64,000 nt of DNA from the NCBI RefSeq assembly GCF_042434975.1, contig NZ_JBHMQM010000009.1, positions 216,831-280,830 on the forward strand, written 5' to 3'. Both the position numbers and the translations under genes were made by a program. Below are positions 43,117 to 52,279 of this stretch, piece by piece (the stretch's first letter is position 1; each line of letters starts with the position of its first letter). This DNA is from Terrimonas alba (lineage in GTDB: Bacteria > Bacteroidota > Bacteroidia > Chitinophagales > Chitinophagaceae). Under the pieces are notes generated by a model that did no database searches, was not told where the DNA came from, and saw only the letters and a program-made list of their open reading frames with translations.

Positions 43117-44409
43117 ATGAAAGCAATAGTTGATTGTAATAATTTTTATTGCTCCTGCGAAAGGTTGTTTAAACCGCATCTTGACAATAAGCCTGTTGTT
43201 GTTTTAAGCAACAACGATGGTTGCATCATTTCCCGCAGTGATGAGGCGAAGAACCTGGGTGTAGAAATGGCAGGTCCTTACTTTATGGCGAAGCCGTTGA
43301 TTAAGAAACATAATATAGCCGTATTTTCTTCCAATTACAACCTGTATGGCGACCTGAGCTGGCGGGTAATGGAAACGCTTAGGACGATTGTAGGCAAACA
43401 AAATGTGGAAGTATATTCTGTAGACGAAGCCTTTTTAGATCTCAGCATTTTTCCGGTAGAAGACCTTCCTTCTATTGCAAAGCAAATAAGAGAAACCGTA
43501 GAGCAATGGACGGGTATTAAAGTGTCAGTGGGTGTGGCGCCTACGAAAGTTTTAGCAAAACTGGCCAATCGTCTGTCGAAAAAAAACAAAGAAAAAACAG
43601 GTTGTGTAATGGTACTTGATACCGATGACAAGATCATTGCCGCATTACGCAAAACGGAGGTGGGTGATATCTGGGGAGTAGGCCATCAATATGCCAAAAA
43701 GTTAAAAGAACTCTGGTGCATTTATGACGCATTGCAGTTACGAAATATGAGTGAAGAGTTTGCTCACACGCACCTCGGCGGCGTAGTAGGGGTACGGTTA
43801 ATAAGAGAGCTGAAAGGAATTCCGACAAAAGAAATGGAAGATGAGCTGACCACAAAAAAAATGATCGCTACCACCCGCATGTTTGGTAGCCCTGTGGGTA
43901 ATATCAGCGATATCAAAGAGGCAATAGCCACTTACACATCGAGAGCAGCCGAAAAGCTCAGGAGACAAAAAAGTGCAGCCAAAATGATCAGCATTTTTGT
44001 CGTTGCCAAAGAGCAAAATCACCTGATTGATTTTAGAGATCGTTATACAAGCGGCACCTTAACCACTTCCGTGATGCTTCCTGTTGCCACATCTTTTACC
44101 AACGAGTTAATCAAACCAGCCGTTGAAATGGTCGATAAGATTTTTACAAAAGGTGTGCTATACAAAAAAGCCGGCGTCATGCTGAGTGGTATTGTTCCTG
44201 ACGAATCTATCCAGGGAAATTTATTTTTGCCCGATACAAAAAATTGTGAGCGAAAGTTGATGGACATGATTGACAATGTCAATTTCAGTCAGCGGGATGA
44301 TGTATTAAAATTTGCCGCCAGTGGAACAACAAGAGACTGGAAGATGCGGCAGGAACTCAGAAGCCCCCGGTATACGACCCGTTGGAATGAGCTGTATGCA
44401 ATTCATTAA
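43117..44409 (+). CDS. umuC: Y-family DNA polymerase V catalytic subunit (UmuC-like)
   Basis: 430 aa starting MKAIVDCNNFYCSCERLF...VVLSNNDGCII...SVDEAFLDL. Confidence 0.9.
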   Translation: MKAIVDCNNFYCSCERLFKPHLDNKPVVVLSNNDGCIISRSDEAKNLGVEMAGPYFMAKPLIKKHNIAVFSSNYNLYGDLSWRVMETLRTIVGKQNVEVYSVDEAFLDLSIFPVEDLPSIAKQIRETVEQWTGIKVSVGVAPTKVLAKLANRLSKKNKEKTGCVMVLDTDDKIIAALRKTEVGDIWGVGHQYAKKLKELWCIYDALQLRNMSEEFAHTHLGGVVGVRLIRELKGIPTKEMEDELTTKKMIATTRMFGSPVGNISDIKEAIATYTSRAAEKLRRQKSAAKMISIFVVAKEQNHLIDFRDRYTSGTLTTSVMLPVATSFTNELIKPAVEMVDKIFTKGVLYKKAGVMLSGIVPDESIQGNLFLPDTKNCERKLMDMIDNVNFSQRDDVLKFAASGTTRDWKMRQELRSPRYTTRWNELYAIH

Positions 44410-45329
44410 CCAAACAAACTTGTTTGCTTGTCTTTTTGCTCGCTGATAAACTTCGGTTTTATCAAATTAAGTCCGCATTCCTTATTCAGTTTATCCACCA
44501 AATAAACAGTTAACTCTGGCGAAGTAGCTTCATCGTGCATATGCATAAAAAAATATAATTCTTCTAATCCATTTTCCAGCCAGTATTTCACTCGTTTCAC
44601 CCAGGCATCACTTCTTGTATAGTCGCTTGGATGCAGGCTATTGCCTACATAACGGATAAATGCTTTCGGAATCGTTAAGTGCATGTGGGCGCAATCCCTG
44701 CGCCCGGCTGTGTCGGTGATCACCGCCCCGAAATTGTTATCCCGTAAAAATGCAAATAGATCCGTCCTTTCTTTCTCTTTGCCGAACCAATCGGGATGCC
44801 GGACTTCCAGGAAGAACTGCAGGTCCTTTGGCAGTGCCGAAAGAAAATCAAACAATTCCTGTTTCCGTTTGGGAGAAAATGTATCACTCACCTGTACAAA
44901 GACGGGGCCCAAATGTTTTTCAAAAGCAACAATACCCCTGAAGAATTCATTAAGAAGAGGGTGCCTTGCATCTAACTTTCCCTTATGTGTCAATCCCTGG
45001 TACATCTTGGGACAAAACAAAAAATCCTTTCCTTTTGCTTTCTCAGCCCATTTACGGATGCCCGGCTCACCATAAATTTTATAATGCGTAGCGTTTAATT
45101 CAATACAATTATAATGCTGAACATAATGCTGCAAAAAATCTTTCTCCCGGGTTTTTAGCGGATATATTTTTCCAACCCATTCTTCCCTTCCCCATTTAGC
45201 GCAGCCCAGATAAACTTTAGCATTTTTAGCGGGCTTTCCTTTTAGTACAGCCTTATTGAAAGCAGGTTCTGCCGGTAAAGAAAAATCAATATGCGGCAAT
45301 TCATTTTCATCTACCCGTCCAAATTCCAT
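44406..45329 (-). CDS. DUF72 (UPF0759) family protein
   Basis: 307 aa with ...KVYLGCAKWGREEWVGKIYP... and a TIM-barrel DUF72 pattern. Confidence 0.75.
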   Translation of the reverse strand: MEFGRVDENELPHIDFSLPAEPAFNKAVLKGKPAKNAKVYLGCAKWGREEWVGKIYPLKTREKDFLQHYVQHYNCIELNATHYKIYGEPGIRKWAEKAKGKDFLFCPKMYQGLTHKGKLDARHPLLNEFFRGIVAFEKHLGPVFVQVSDTFSPKRKQELFDFLSALPKDLQFFLEVRHPDWFGKEKERTDLFAFLRDNNFGAVITDTAGRRDCAHMHLTIPKAFIRYVGNSLHPSDYTRSDAWVKRVKYWLENGLEELYFFMHMHDEATSPELTVYLVDKLNKECGLNLIKPKFISEQKDKQTSLFG

Positions 45330-45411
45330 ACTGTTATTTTATTCCTTCAAAAGTACTCAATCAGGTCAACAGAGTTATCAGGAAAAAAAGTACGCCGGTG
45401 AATTAAGGTGC

Positions 45412-45903
45412 CTAAATAACACAGGGAACTTTTCTAAAAGGCCTGGTGCTGTCAAATCTCAGTTGATCAGGTTTAGCAAACAGCGTCGTGTCATTTTTTT
45501 GTGTCACTTCACCGATGGCAGGCCATAGTTCTTCGCCATTTATCTTCCAGGCAACCTGGCGAACGGAAATTATTCCTTCTGACTTAAACAGGTACCAGCC
45601 TTTTATAATATCTCCGGACTGCTCTGCCATTACCGTTCCGTCGTTACGATCTTTCTGGTAAATGGAATAAGATAAAGCACCCGTTAAACTACTGCCCTTT
45701 TTTTGTAACTGCAGCGAAGATGTATCACGTTGTATTATTTGAGAATAACAACCCGATGACAGAGTATCCTCTGCTACGATGCTGGCAGGAGGAGTTATAG
45801 AATCTTTTTCTACTTGTGTAGAGGTTTTTCCTTCGTTATTGCAAGAGCCTGCCAGTAAAACAAAGGCCAGCAAGGCTTTAATACCCTTGTTCATAACTAT
45901 CAT
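45412..45903 (-). CDS. Hypothetical lipoprotein
   Basis: 163 aa with the signal and lipobox ...LLAGSCNNEG. Confidence 0.45.
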   Translation of the reverse strand: MIVMNKGIKALLAFVLLAGSCNNEGKTSTQVEKDSITPPASIVAEDTLSSGCYSQIIQRDTSSLQLQKKGSSLTGALSYSIYQKDRNDGTVMAEQSGDIIKGWYLFKSEGIISVRQVAWKINGEELWPAIGEVTQKNDTTLFAKPDQLRFDSTRPFRKVPCVI

Positions 45904-46028
45904 TTTTTGAAATGACAGAAATAGTTATGCCAAACTGTAAAGCATCTCTAGTTTTAGGAGCCGAATTAATTCAAGTGCCGCATCAGTCGCCAGTATTTCT
46001 TTTTACAGCATTTAATAATTTAAAAAAG

Positions 46029-46057
46029 AAAAAGGTGACTTACTGGCCACCTTTTTG
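46029..46057 (-). terminator. Hairpin terminator downstream of the aldehyde dehydrogenase gene
   Basis: AAAAAGGTGacttactggcCACCTTTTT. Confidence 0.4.
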
Positions 46058-46078
46058 CTTTGCCTCTAACATTGCGAA

Positions 46079-47611
46079 CTAGAAAAATCCAAGCTTTTGT
46101 TTATTATAAGAAATAAGCATATTCTTAGTTTGGCGATAATGATTGAGCATCATCTTGTGTGTCTCTCTACCAAAACCAGACTTCTTATAGCCACCGAAAG
46201 GAGCATGAGCAGGGTAAGCATGATAACAGTTCACCCAAACCCTTCCCGCCTGTATCGCTCTTGGTACCTGGTACATTTCATGTGCATCTCTTGTCCAGAC
46301 ACCGGCACCCAATCCGTATAACGTATCATTAGCAATAGCGATAGCTTCTTCTACTGTTTTAAATGTCGTCACAGCAGTAACAGGCCCAAAGATCTCTTCC
46401 TGGAAAATGCGCATCTTGTTGTGGCCTTTAAATATGGTAGGCCTGATATAATAACCATGTTCCAACCCACTGTTTTGATGAAAGGCTTCACCACCACATA
46501 ACACCTGCGCTCCTTCCTGCTTACCGATATCCAGGTAGCTCAAAACTTTATTATACTGGTCTTCTGACGCCTGTGCGCCCATCATCACGGTGCCATCCAA
46601 AGGATTTCCCAGTTTGATTGCCTTCGTTCTCTGTATCACCCGATCCATGAACTTCTCATAGATTTTCTCATGCACCAGTATTCTTGAAGGACAGGTACAA
46701 ACCTCACCCTGGTTCAGGGCAAACATCACTGCGCCTTCTACAGCCTTATCAAAAAATTCATCATCGGCATCCGCCACCGATTCAAGGAAAATATTGGGAC
46801 TCTTACCGCCGAGTTCCATCGTTACCGGTATTAAGTTCTCAGATGCATATTGCATGATCAATCTGCCGGTTGTTGTTTCACCGGTAAATGCGACTTTATT
46901 TACTCTCGGAGATGATGCTAATGGTTTACCTGCCTCCGGGCCGAAACCGGTCACTACATTCAAAACACCTTTTGGCAAAATATTACCGATCAGTTCCATC
47001 AATACCATGATGCTGGTTGGTGTTTGTTCTGCAGGCTTTACTACCACAGTACAACCGGCAGCTAATGCCGGGGCTATTTTCCACGTGGCCATCAATAATG
47101 GAAAATTCCATGGGATGATTTGTCCTACTACTCCGATAGGTTCATGCAGGTTGATACTGACAGTAGTTTCATCATGCTCACTTACCGTTCCTTCTTCACT
47201 ACGAATAACACCGGCAAAATACCGGAAATGATCTATTACAAGTGGAAGATCCGCGGCTCTTGTTTCCCGCAATGCCTTTCCGTTATCTATTGTTTCCACG
47301 ACAGCGAGATACCCGAGGTTATCTTCAATTACCTGTGCTATTTTTAATAATAAATTACTGCGATAACTGGCTGCTGTTTTTCCCCATGATTGAAAAGCGG
47401 ATTGCGCCGCATCAATAGCTTTATCGATATCTTTTGAATTGCCGCGGGCCGCTTTTGTAAATACTTTTCCGTCGATAGGTGAGATATTATCAAAGTATTC
47501 ACCGCTATTGGGCGCTATCCACTCACCGTTAATATAATGATCGTATTTGTCTTTAAATTTTGGCCGGGCGGCCACATTGGATTTAGGGGCTGAAGTTGTT
47601 GCTGTGCTCAT
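46079..47611 (-). CDS. NAD(P)-dependent aldehyde dehydrogenase
   Basis: 510 aa. The motifs ...[12 protein letters not shown]..., ...ELGGKSPNI... and ...[20 protein letters not shown]... contain the catalytic Glu and Cys. Confidence 0.9.
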   Translation of the reverse strand: MSTATTSAPKSNVAARPKFKDKYDHYINGEWIAPNSGEYFDNISPIDGKVFTKAARGNSKDIDKAIDAAQSAFQSWGKTAASYRSNLLLKIAQVIEDNLGYLAVVETIDNGKALRETRAADLPLVIDHFRYFAGVIRSEEGTVSEHDETTVSINLHEPIGVVGQIIPWNFPLLMATWKIAPALAAGCTVVVKPAEQTPTSIMVLMELIGNILPKGVLNVVTGFGPEAGKPLASSPRVNKVAFTGETTTGRLIMQYASENLIPVTMELGGKSPNIFLESVADADDEFFDKAVEGAVMFALNQGEVCTCPSRILVHEKIYEKFMDRVIQRTKAIKLGNPLDGTVMMGAQASEDQYNKVLSYLDIGKQEGAQVLCGGEAFHQNSGLEHGYYIRPTIFKGHNKMRIFQEEIFGPVTAVTTFKTVEEAIAIANDTLYGLGAGVWTRDAHEMYQVPRAIQAGRVWVNCYHAYPAHAPFGGYKKSGFGRETHKMMLNHYRQTKNMLISYNKQKLGFF

Positions 47612-47741
47612 ATGTAAGCGTTTTAATCGTTAAAGAATACCCGAATTTTTAAAATATCCGGTCAGCTATGGCGCATTTTTGTACTTATTTGTAGCACAAT
47701 CGTACCAAAATCATTTGGCAGATTAAAAAGAATAGCTATTA

Positions 47742-48692
47742 TTGAGCTTACAAAAAAATGTTGTGGCTGCCAGGAGTTATTTAAATAAGATTGATCTTAC
47801 CCAACCCAAATACCTGCAAACGCTGGTAGAAAATCGCCGTGTTTTTAACCTGAATAATTGCGAGCTGAATATTTTTGAAAGCTACCAGGAAACCTATCGT
47901 GTACCCTTAACCTTTAGTGACTTCGTCATTACCAGTATGGTGCGTGGAAAAAAGGTAATGCATCTTTTTGACAAACCTTCATTTGATTATTTGCCGGGTG
48001 AAACCGTTATTGTTCCCGCCAACGAAACTATGGTCATTGACTTCCCCGAAGCACAGGCGGAAAATCCTACACAATGTATCGCTCTTGCAGTTGATGAGCG
48101 ATATGTAAACAACACGTTGCAGTATCTTAATACTTTTTACAATAGTGACCGGTCGGGAGAGCATGAATGGAAACTACAATTCAATCAATATCATTTTGAC
48201 AATGATACTGAAGTAACAGATTTGATCAACAAGCTAATGCGGGTCTGCAGCAGCGGAGACAAGGCTAAAAATATTTTTGCAGATCTAAACCTGAAGGAAT
48301 TACTGATACGTCTCGTACAAAGCCAGTACCTGCAACAGGTAAAAATCGAAAGTGGTAAAGACTCGAATCAAAACCGTCTTCACTATGTGTTACATTATAT
48401 CCATGAGCATCTGACTGAAAAAATTGCAGTGGACAAACTGAGCCGCCGTGCTTATATGAGCCGCAATTTGTTTTTTGCCTGGTTTAAAGAACAATTTGGT
48501 ATCACACCGTTGGAATACATCAATAAAGAACGAGTAAAACTGGCTAAGCAATTACTGGCTGATAAAAATAATAGCATCACCAGTGTAAGTTTGCAATGCG
48601 GTTTTAGCGATGTCAATTATTTTGTTCGCCTGTTCAAAAAGACTGAGGGTATTACACCGGGAGCATATAAAAACTGTACCCTGAATTCATGA
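47742..48692 (+). CDS. AraC-family transcriptional regulator (cupin plus HTH)
   Basis: 316 aa. The C-terminus reads ...LSRRAYMSRNLFFAWFKEQFGITPLEYI...FVRLFKKTEGITPGAYK. Confidence 0.8.
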   Translation: MSLQKNVVAARSYLNKIDLTQPKYLQTLVENRRVFNLNNCELNIFESYQETYRVPLTFSDFVITSMVRGKKVMHLFDKPSFDYLPGETVIVPANETMVIDFPEAQAENPTQCIALAVDERYVNNTLQYLNTFYNSDRSGEHEWKLQFNQYHFDNDTEVTDLINKLMRVCSSGDKAKNIFADLNLKELLIRLVQSQYLQQVKIESGKDSNQNRLHYVLHYIHEHLTEKIAVDKLSRRAYMSRNLFFAWFKEQFGITPLEYINKERVKLAKQLLADKNNSITSVSLQCGFSDVNYFVRLFKKTEGITPGAYKNCTLNS

Positions 48693-48698
48693 TCCCCT

Positions 48699-51110
48699 TC
48701 ATTCAACCCTGAATGAATTTGAGGCCGATACTATTTCCCCATTAGCATTAATTCCCTGTAAAACAATTAAGAAATCGCCTTTTTTATCTGAAGTATAGAA
48801 CTGCATTGAAGCATTGCCTGATTCATCAATTGGTACATTTGGATTCCAATATAGTGTACTTCGAAAATCAGGAATCCGTTTTTGTCTTTCACTTTCCTGG
48901 TCATACCTGGGAGAATAAAATTCCCGTTGTAATTGCAGTCCATCATAATCAATCGCTACAAGCCCTGGTGTCAATTCAAACCCATCAAACTTACCATTAT
49001 AGGTTTCGAAGCTGGCAATGCTTTTAAAGTTTACACCTCCTACCAGGTATTTACGGGGAACTACGTCCAGCTTTTTTACTTTTAATGGATCATAGGAAAA
49101 TATTTTTTGGAAATCCATCAACGGTACACCGTCGAGCAAAACAAGCAACTGGTCATTGTAAACTGTCTGTGAAACTTCATCATATATGCTCATATAGAGC
49201 TTACCTCCTCTCAATACGACATTGATTGGCGTTACATACTCCCGCAACACTTCTTCCATTGTAGTAAAACGCTTATACTCATCCAACCGGTATGAGTATT
49301 CTGCTTTGCCAAAAAAAGGCAGTGTGTCTGAAAATGCAGGTGCAGTAAACCGACGAACACTATCAGCCCTGTAAATGTTCTGTACCTGCATAGAGATATT
49401 TTTATCAGTTAGCCGTGCTTCTTCATTTTTCGAAATGGCCAAATAGGGAGGCGATAAATTCATCTTTTCGTCTGAGTAAGACGTCAATACATCTACACGA
49501 TAATTGGTTTGTGGTTCTGTTCCGGCCTGCACTATAATTTCTCCGGGGCCATAATAATTTTTTACATCAAACCATGCAACACCTTTACTGTCTGTTTTTG
49601 CAACAGAAAAACCAAATGGCGTGGTAGAATAAGATAGAAAACATTTAATACCCGGGGCAGGTTTTCCATCGGTGATATGCGTGATCCGGGCGGCAACCAG
49701 GTGACCCCTGTATTCAGGAATGAATAACCCGTTGCCGCCCCCGGCAGGCGAAAGAACCTCTTCCCATTCAAAACGCCGCCATCCCTGTGTAAGTAATAAA
49801 TTATCGATCCCCTCTTCCACAGCCGCGTCATTGGAAAAGTAAAATCCCGGTGATTCAATGGATCCTTTTAACTCATCGCCAAGCCAGGTATAACTGACTA
49901 TATCTTGCTGATCGGATTCCCCCAAAGAATCGAGCTGGTATACGGCTATTGAATAATTGTCGTTTTGATGGTTTTTATTACTTGTTGGATAAATGTCCAA
50001 CTGAATTTTTTGTCTTGGCTCATAAATAACCTTATCACTTTTAAGACTTACATTGCTTACAACCTTCGGTCTTTTAAAAACCAACCTTTCGCAAACCGGC
50101 CTCTGACTGGCGTTGAATAAAGTCAAGTAGCTGATACCATCACCCAGGTCTTCTTTATTAACGTACAGTACGAGGTCACTTTCGTAATTGATAAAACCAG
50201 CTTCCGCCTTTTTAATTTGCTGACGGGTATGCGCCATCAAAAAAACCCTTTCTCCCCGAATAGCGACATCACTGCTTTTAGCCCGGATAAGTATCTTTAT
50301 CCGTCCATCCCTGTTGTCCGTTACGCTCATTACATAACCGTGGCTATACGCTACTGGTAAAGCAGTGGTAAATATTTTTCCTTCCGGCAGTAAGAATGTG
50401 ATTTTATATTGCTGATCCTGCTGTGGCTTCAATAAAAAACTACCCATTCCAAACTTGTGGGGCGAAAAATTGGCAATGGTGTCACCGTTGTTACTGGTCA
50501 ATATCCCACGGGCATCAATCCCCTTGCCATTTTGATCTGCAATTTTAAAAGCGACTTTGCTTTCTATTCCTTCGACAAGGTTTCCACCTTCGGGGAAAAA
50601 AGCCGCTGTGATATAAATAGAATCCTGTTGAACCTTCTTTTCCGCAGGTTTAATAGTATTTACGATACTAACTACTTTTTCAAAAAATGATTTCGCACCT
50701 TCATTTCTCATCCAGTTGGTATAAGCTCTTAACACGTAATTATCTGAATTCAATGAGAGAGGCAAATAAAGAGAACCAGATCCACCTTTTTTAGTCAATT
50801 CAATTTTTGCCTGGAGTACAGGTCTACCGGTTCTGTCCAAAACCTCCAGATAAGCTACTTTACTGAAGTGGAGCGGTTGATTATTTGAAGCATCGACGCT
50901 ATATAATTTGAACCAGATAATCTCACCGGCCAGGTAAAAATTTTTATCGGTATGTAGATACAGTTTTTCCTGAACTTGTTGATGATTGGCACTGGCAAAT
51001 TTTTGCCTGATATTTTCAAACCGGTCTTCCTGGGCTAATAATACAAACGGCATTATTATCAGCGTAAAGAACATCAAGCCGGATAAAAAACGTTTTTTTT
51101 CTTCGTTCAT
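48699..51110 (-). CDS. Secreted MG2-domain (alpha-2-macroglobulin-like) protein
   Basis: 803 aa with a signal peptide. The motif ...LYLHTDKNFYLAGEIIWFKLYSVD... is MG2-like. Confidence 0.5.
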   Translation of the reverse strand: MNEEKKRFLSGLMFFTLIIMPFVLLAQEDRFENIRQKFASANHQQVQEKLYLHTDKNFYLAGEIIWFKLYSVDASNNQPLHFSKVAYLEVLDRTGRPVLQAKIELTKKGGSGSLYLPLSLNSDNYVLRAYTNWMRNEGAKSFFEKVVSIVNTIKPAEKKVQQDSIYITAAFFPEGGNLVEGIESKVAFKIADQNGKGIDARGILTSNNGDTIANFSPHKFGMGSFLLKPQQDQQYKITFLLPEGKIFTTALPVAYSHGYVMSVTDNRDGRIKILIRAKSSDVAIRGERVFLMAHTRQQIKKAEAGFINYESDLVLYVNKEDLGDGISYLTLFNASQRPVCERLVFKRPKVVSNVSLKSDKVIYEPRQKIQLDIYPTSNKNHQNDNYSIAVYQLDSLGESDQQDIVSYTWLGDELKGSIESPGFYFSNDAAVEEGIDNLLLTQGWRRFEWEEVLSPAGGGNGLFIPEYRGHLVAARITHITDGKPAPGIKCFLSYSTTPFGFSVAKTDSKGVAWFDVKNYYGPGEIIVQAGTEPQTNYRVDVLTSYSDEKMNLSPPYLAISKNEEARLTDKNISMQVQNIYRADSVRRFTAPAFSDTLPFFGKAEYSYRLDEYKRFTTMEEVLREYVTPINVVLRGGKLYMSIYDEVSQTVYNDQLLVLLDGVPLMDFQKIFSYDPLKVKKLDVVPRKYLVGGVNFKSIASFETYNGKFDGFELTPGLVAIDYDGLQLQREFYSPRYDQESERQKRIPDFRSTLYWNPNVPIDESGNASMQFYTSDKKGDFLIVLQGINANGEIVSASNSFRVE

Positions 51111-51144
51111 TTATATTCAAATAATTTATTTAGTTGACAGACGA

Positions 51145-52278
51145 TTACCAATAAGAAGGCCTGATAAGCGAACCATCCCTCGCCGTACACTCGACGCATG
51201 GTTTAGTTGAAAATTTATAGTGAGAGATCGTATTAAATGGAGTAAATACCGCACCATAAATAGAACCGTTACCATCATATGCCGCCTGGATACTATCAGG
51301 ATCATTTTTAACAAGTATTTCCGGACAGTCTTCATAAAAATTCCACCAGTTCAGTTCAGATCTTGAAATAAATCTTCTCTTTTCGCTTACCTCTGAGGCC
51401 GATATAAAGCCTATCACTAATTCACCGGGGGCGGAAACACTGTGAATATTTCCTCTTAATTCGGATGGCTGCGCATCAAAAATAGTACCCAGGCTTTCAG
51501 AATTTTTTTTCATCATCTCATAGAATTCATACCCCTGTTTATCCAGCGCATATTGCCGAATTAAAATGCTATAACGAACATCCAATTTCTCATCACCATT
51601 GAAAAGAAAAGCAATTGGAGCCCGATGTATAATATCTGACTGCAATCGGGCCGATGATCCTAATAAAATGGAATTTGATACATCATATTTCCAGCAGGTA
51701 GCCACCGCTTCATCCAGTGTCCGTTTGCTAACTACCCCGTTTACATACTTAAATTCAGAATAATAAAAGGTTCTTATTTCCCATGTTTCATCATACTCCC
51801 AACGATAGTAACGGGTATTATTTCCAGGGTCATGTGTATCTACATTTAACTGCACACCTTTTTCATCCTGTTTCCAACTAATACTGTCAATAACAGGCGT
51901 GCTTCTCGCAGTAACATAATCGGATAAATATTCTTTGCCTCCGGCCGTTTTTATTCGTAACCGATATTCATTGTTGATAGCAAGGCCCAGGTCGGGAGAT
52001 GAATAAACACCATCGCCTGTCATAGTTAATGTCCTTACAGTGTTATCCTTGCCTTCAACTGTTACCTGTGCATTGCGTTCGCCCTGCAATCGGGCTGTAT
52101 CATCGAGCTTAAAAGTTCTGGAGAGCCGGATATTTGTAGGGCCTGCTCCCGCGATCAACACTCCTTCTACTACCAGATACGAGTCTGCAGAGGAAATCAC
52201 TATGGGTTTATAAACCTCCTTACAGGAAAATAATGCTATAAGCATCCAGCATACCAATAAAATTTTCAGATTGCTCAT
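51145..52278 (-). CDS. DUF4249-family lipoprotein (partner of the TonB-dependent receptor)
   Basis: 377 aa with the signal and lipobox ...ALFSCKE. The family is typically downstream of non-SusC TonB-dependent receptors in Bacteroidetes. Confidence 0.55.
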   Translation of the reverse strand: MSNLKILLVCWMLIALFSCKEVYKPIVISSADSYLVVEGVLIAGAGPTNIRLSRTFKLDDTARLQGERNAQVTVEGKDNTVRTLTMTGDGVYSSPDLGLAINNEYRLRIKTAGGKEYLSDYVTARSTPVIDSISWKQDEKGVQLNVDTHDPGNNTRYYRWEYDETWEIRTFYYSEFKYVNGVVSKRTLDEAVATCWKYDVSNSILLGSSARLQSDIIHRAPIAFLFNGDEKLDVRYSILIRQYALDKQGYEFYEMMKKNSESLGTIFDAQPSELRGNIHSVSAPGELVIGFISASEVSEKRRFISRSELNWWNFYEDCPEILVKNDPDSIQAAYDGNGSIYGAVFTPFNTISHYKFSTKPCVECTARDGSLIRPSYW

Positions 52279-52279
52279 T

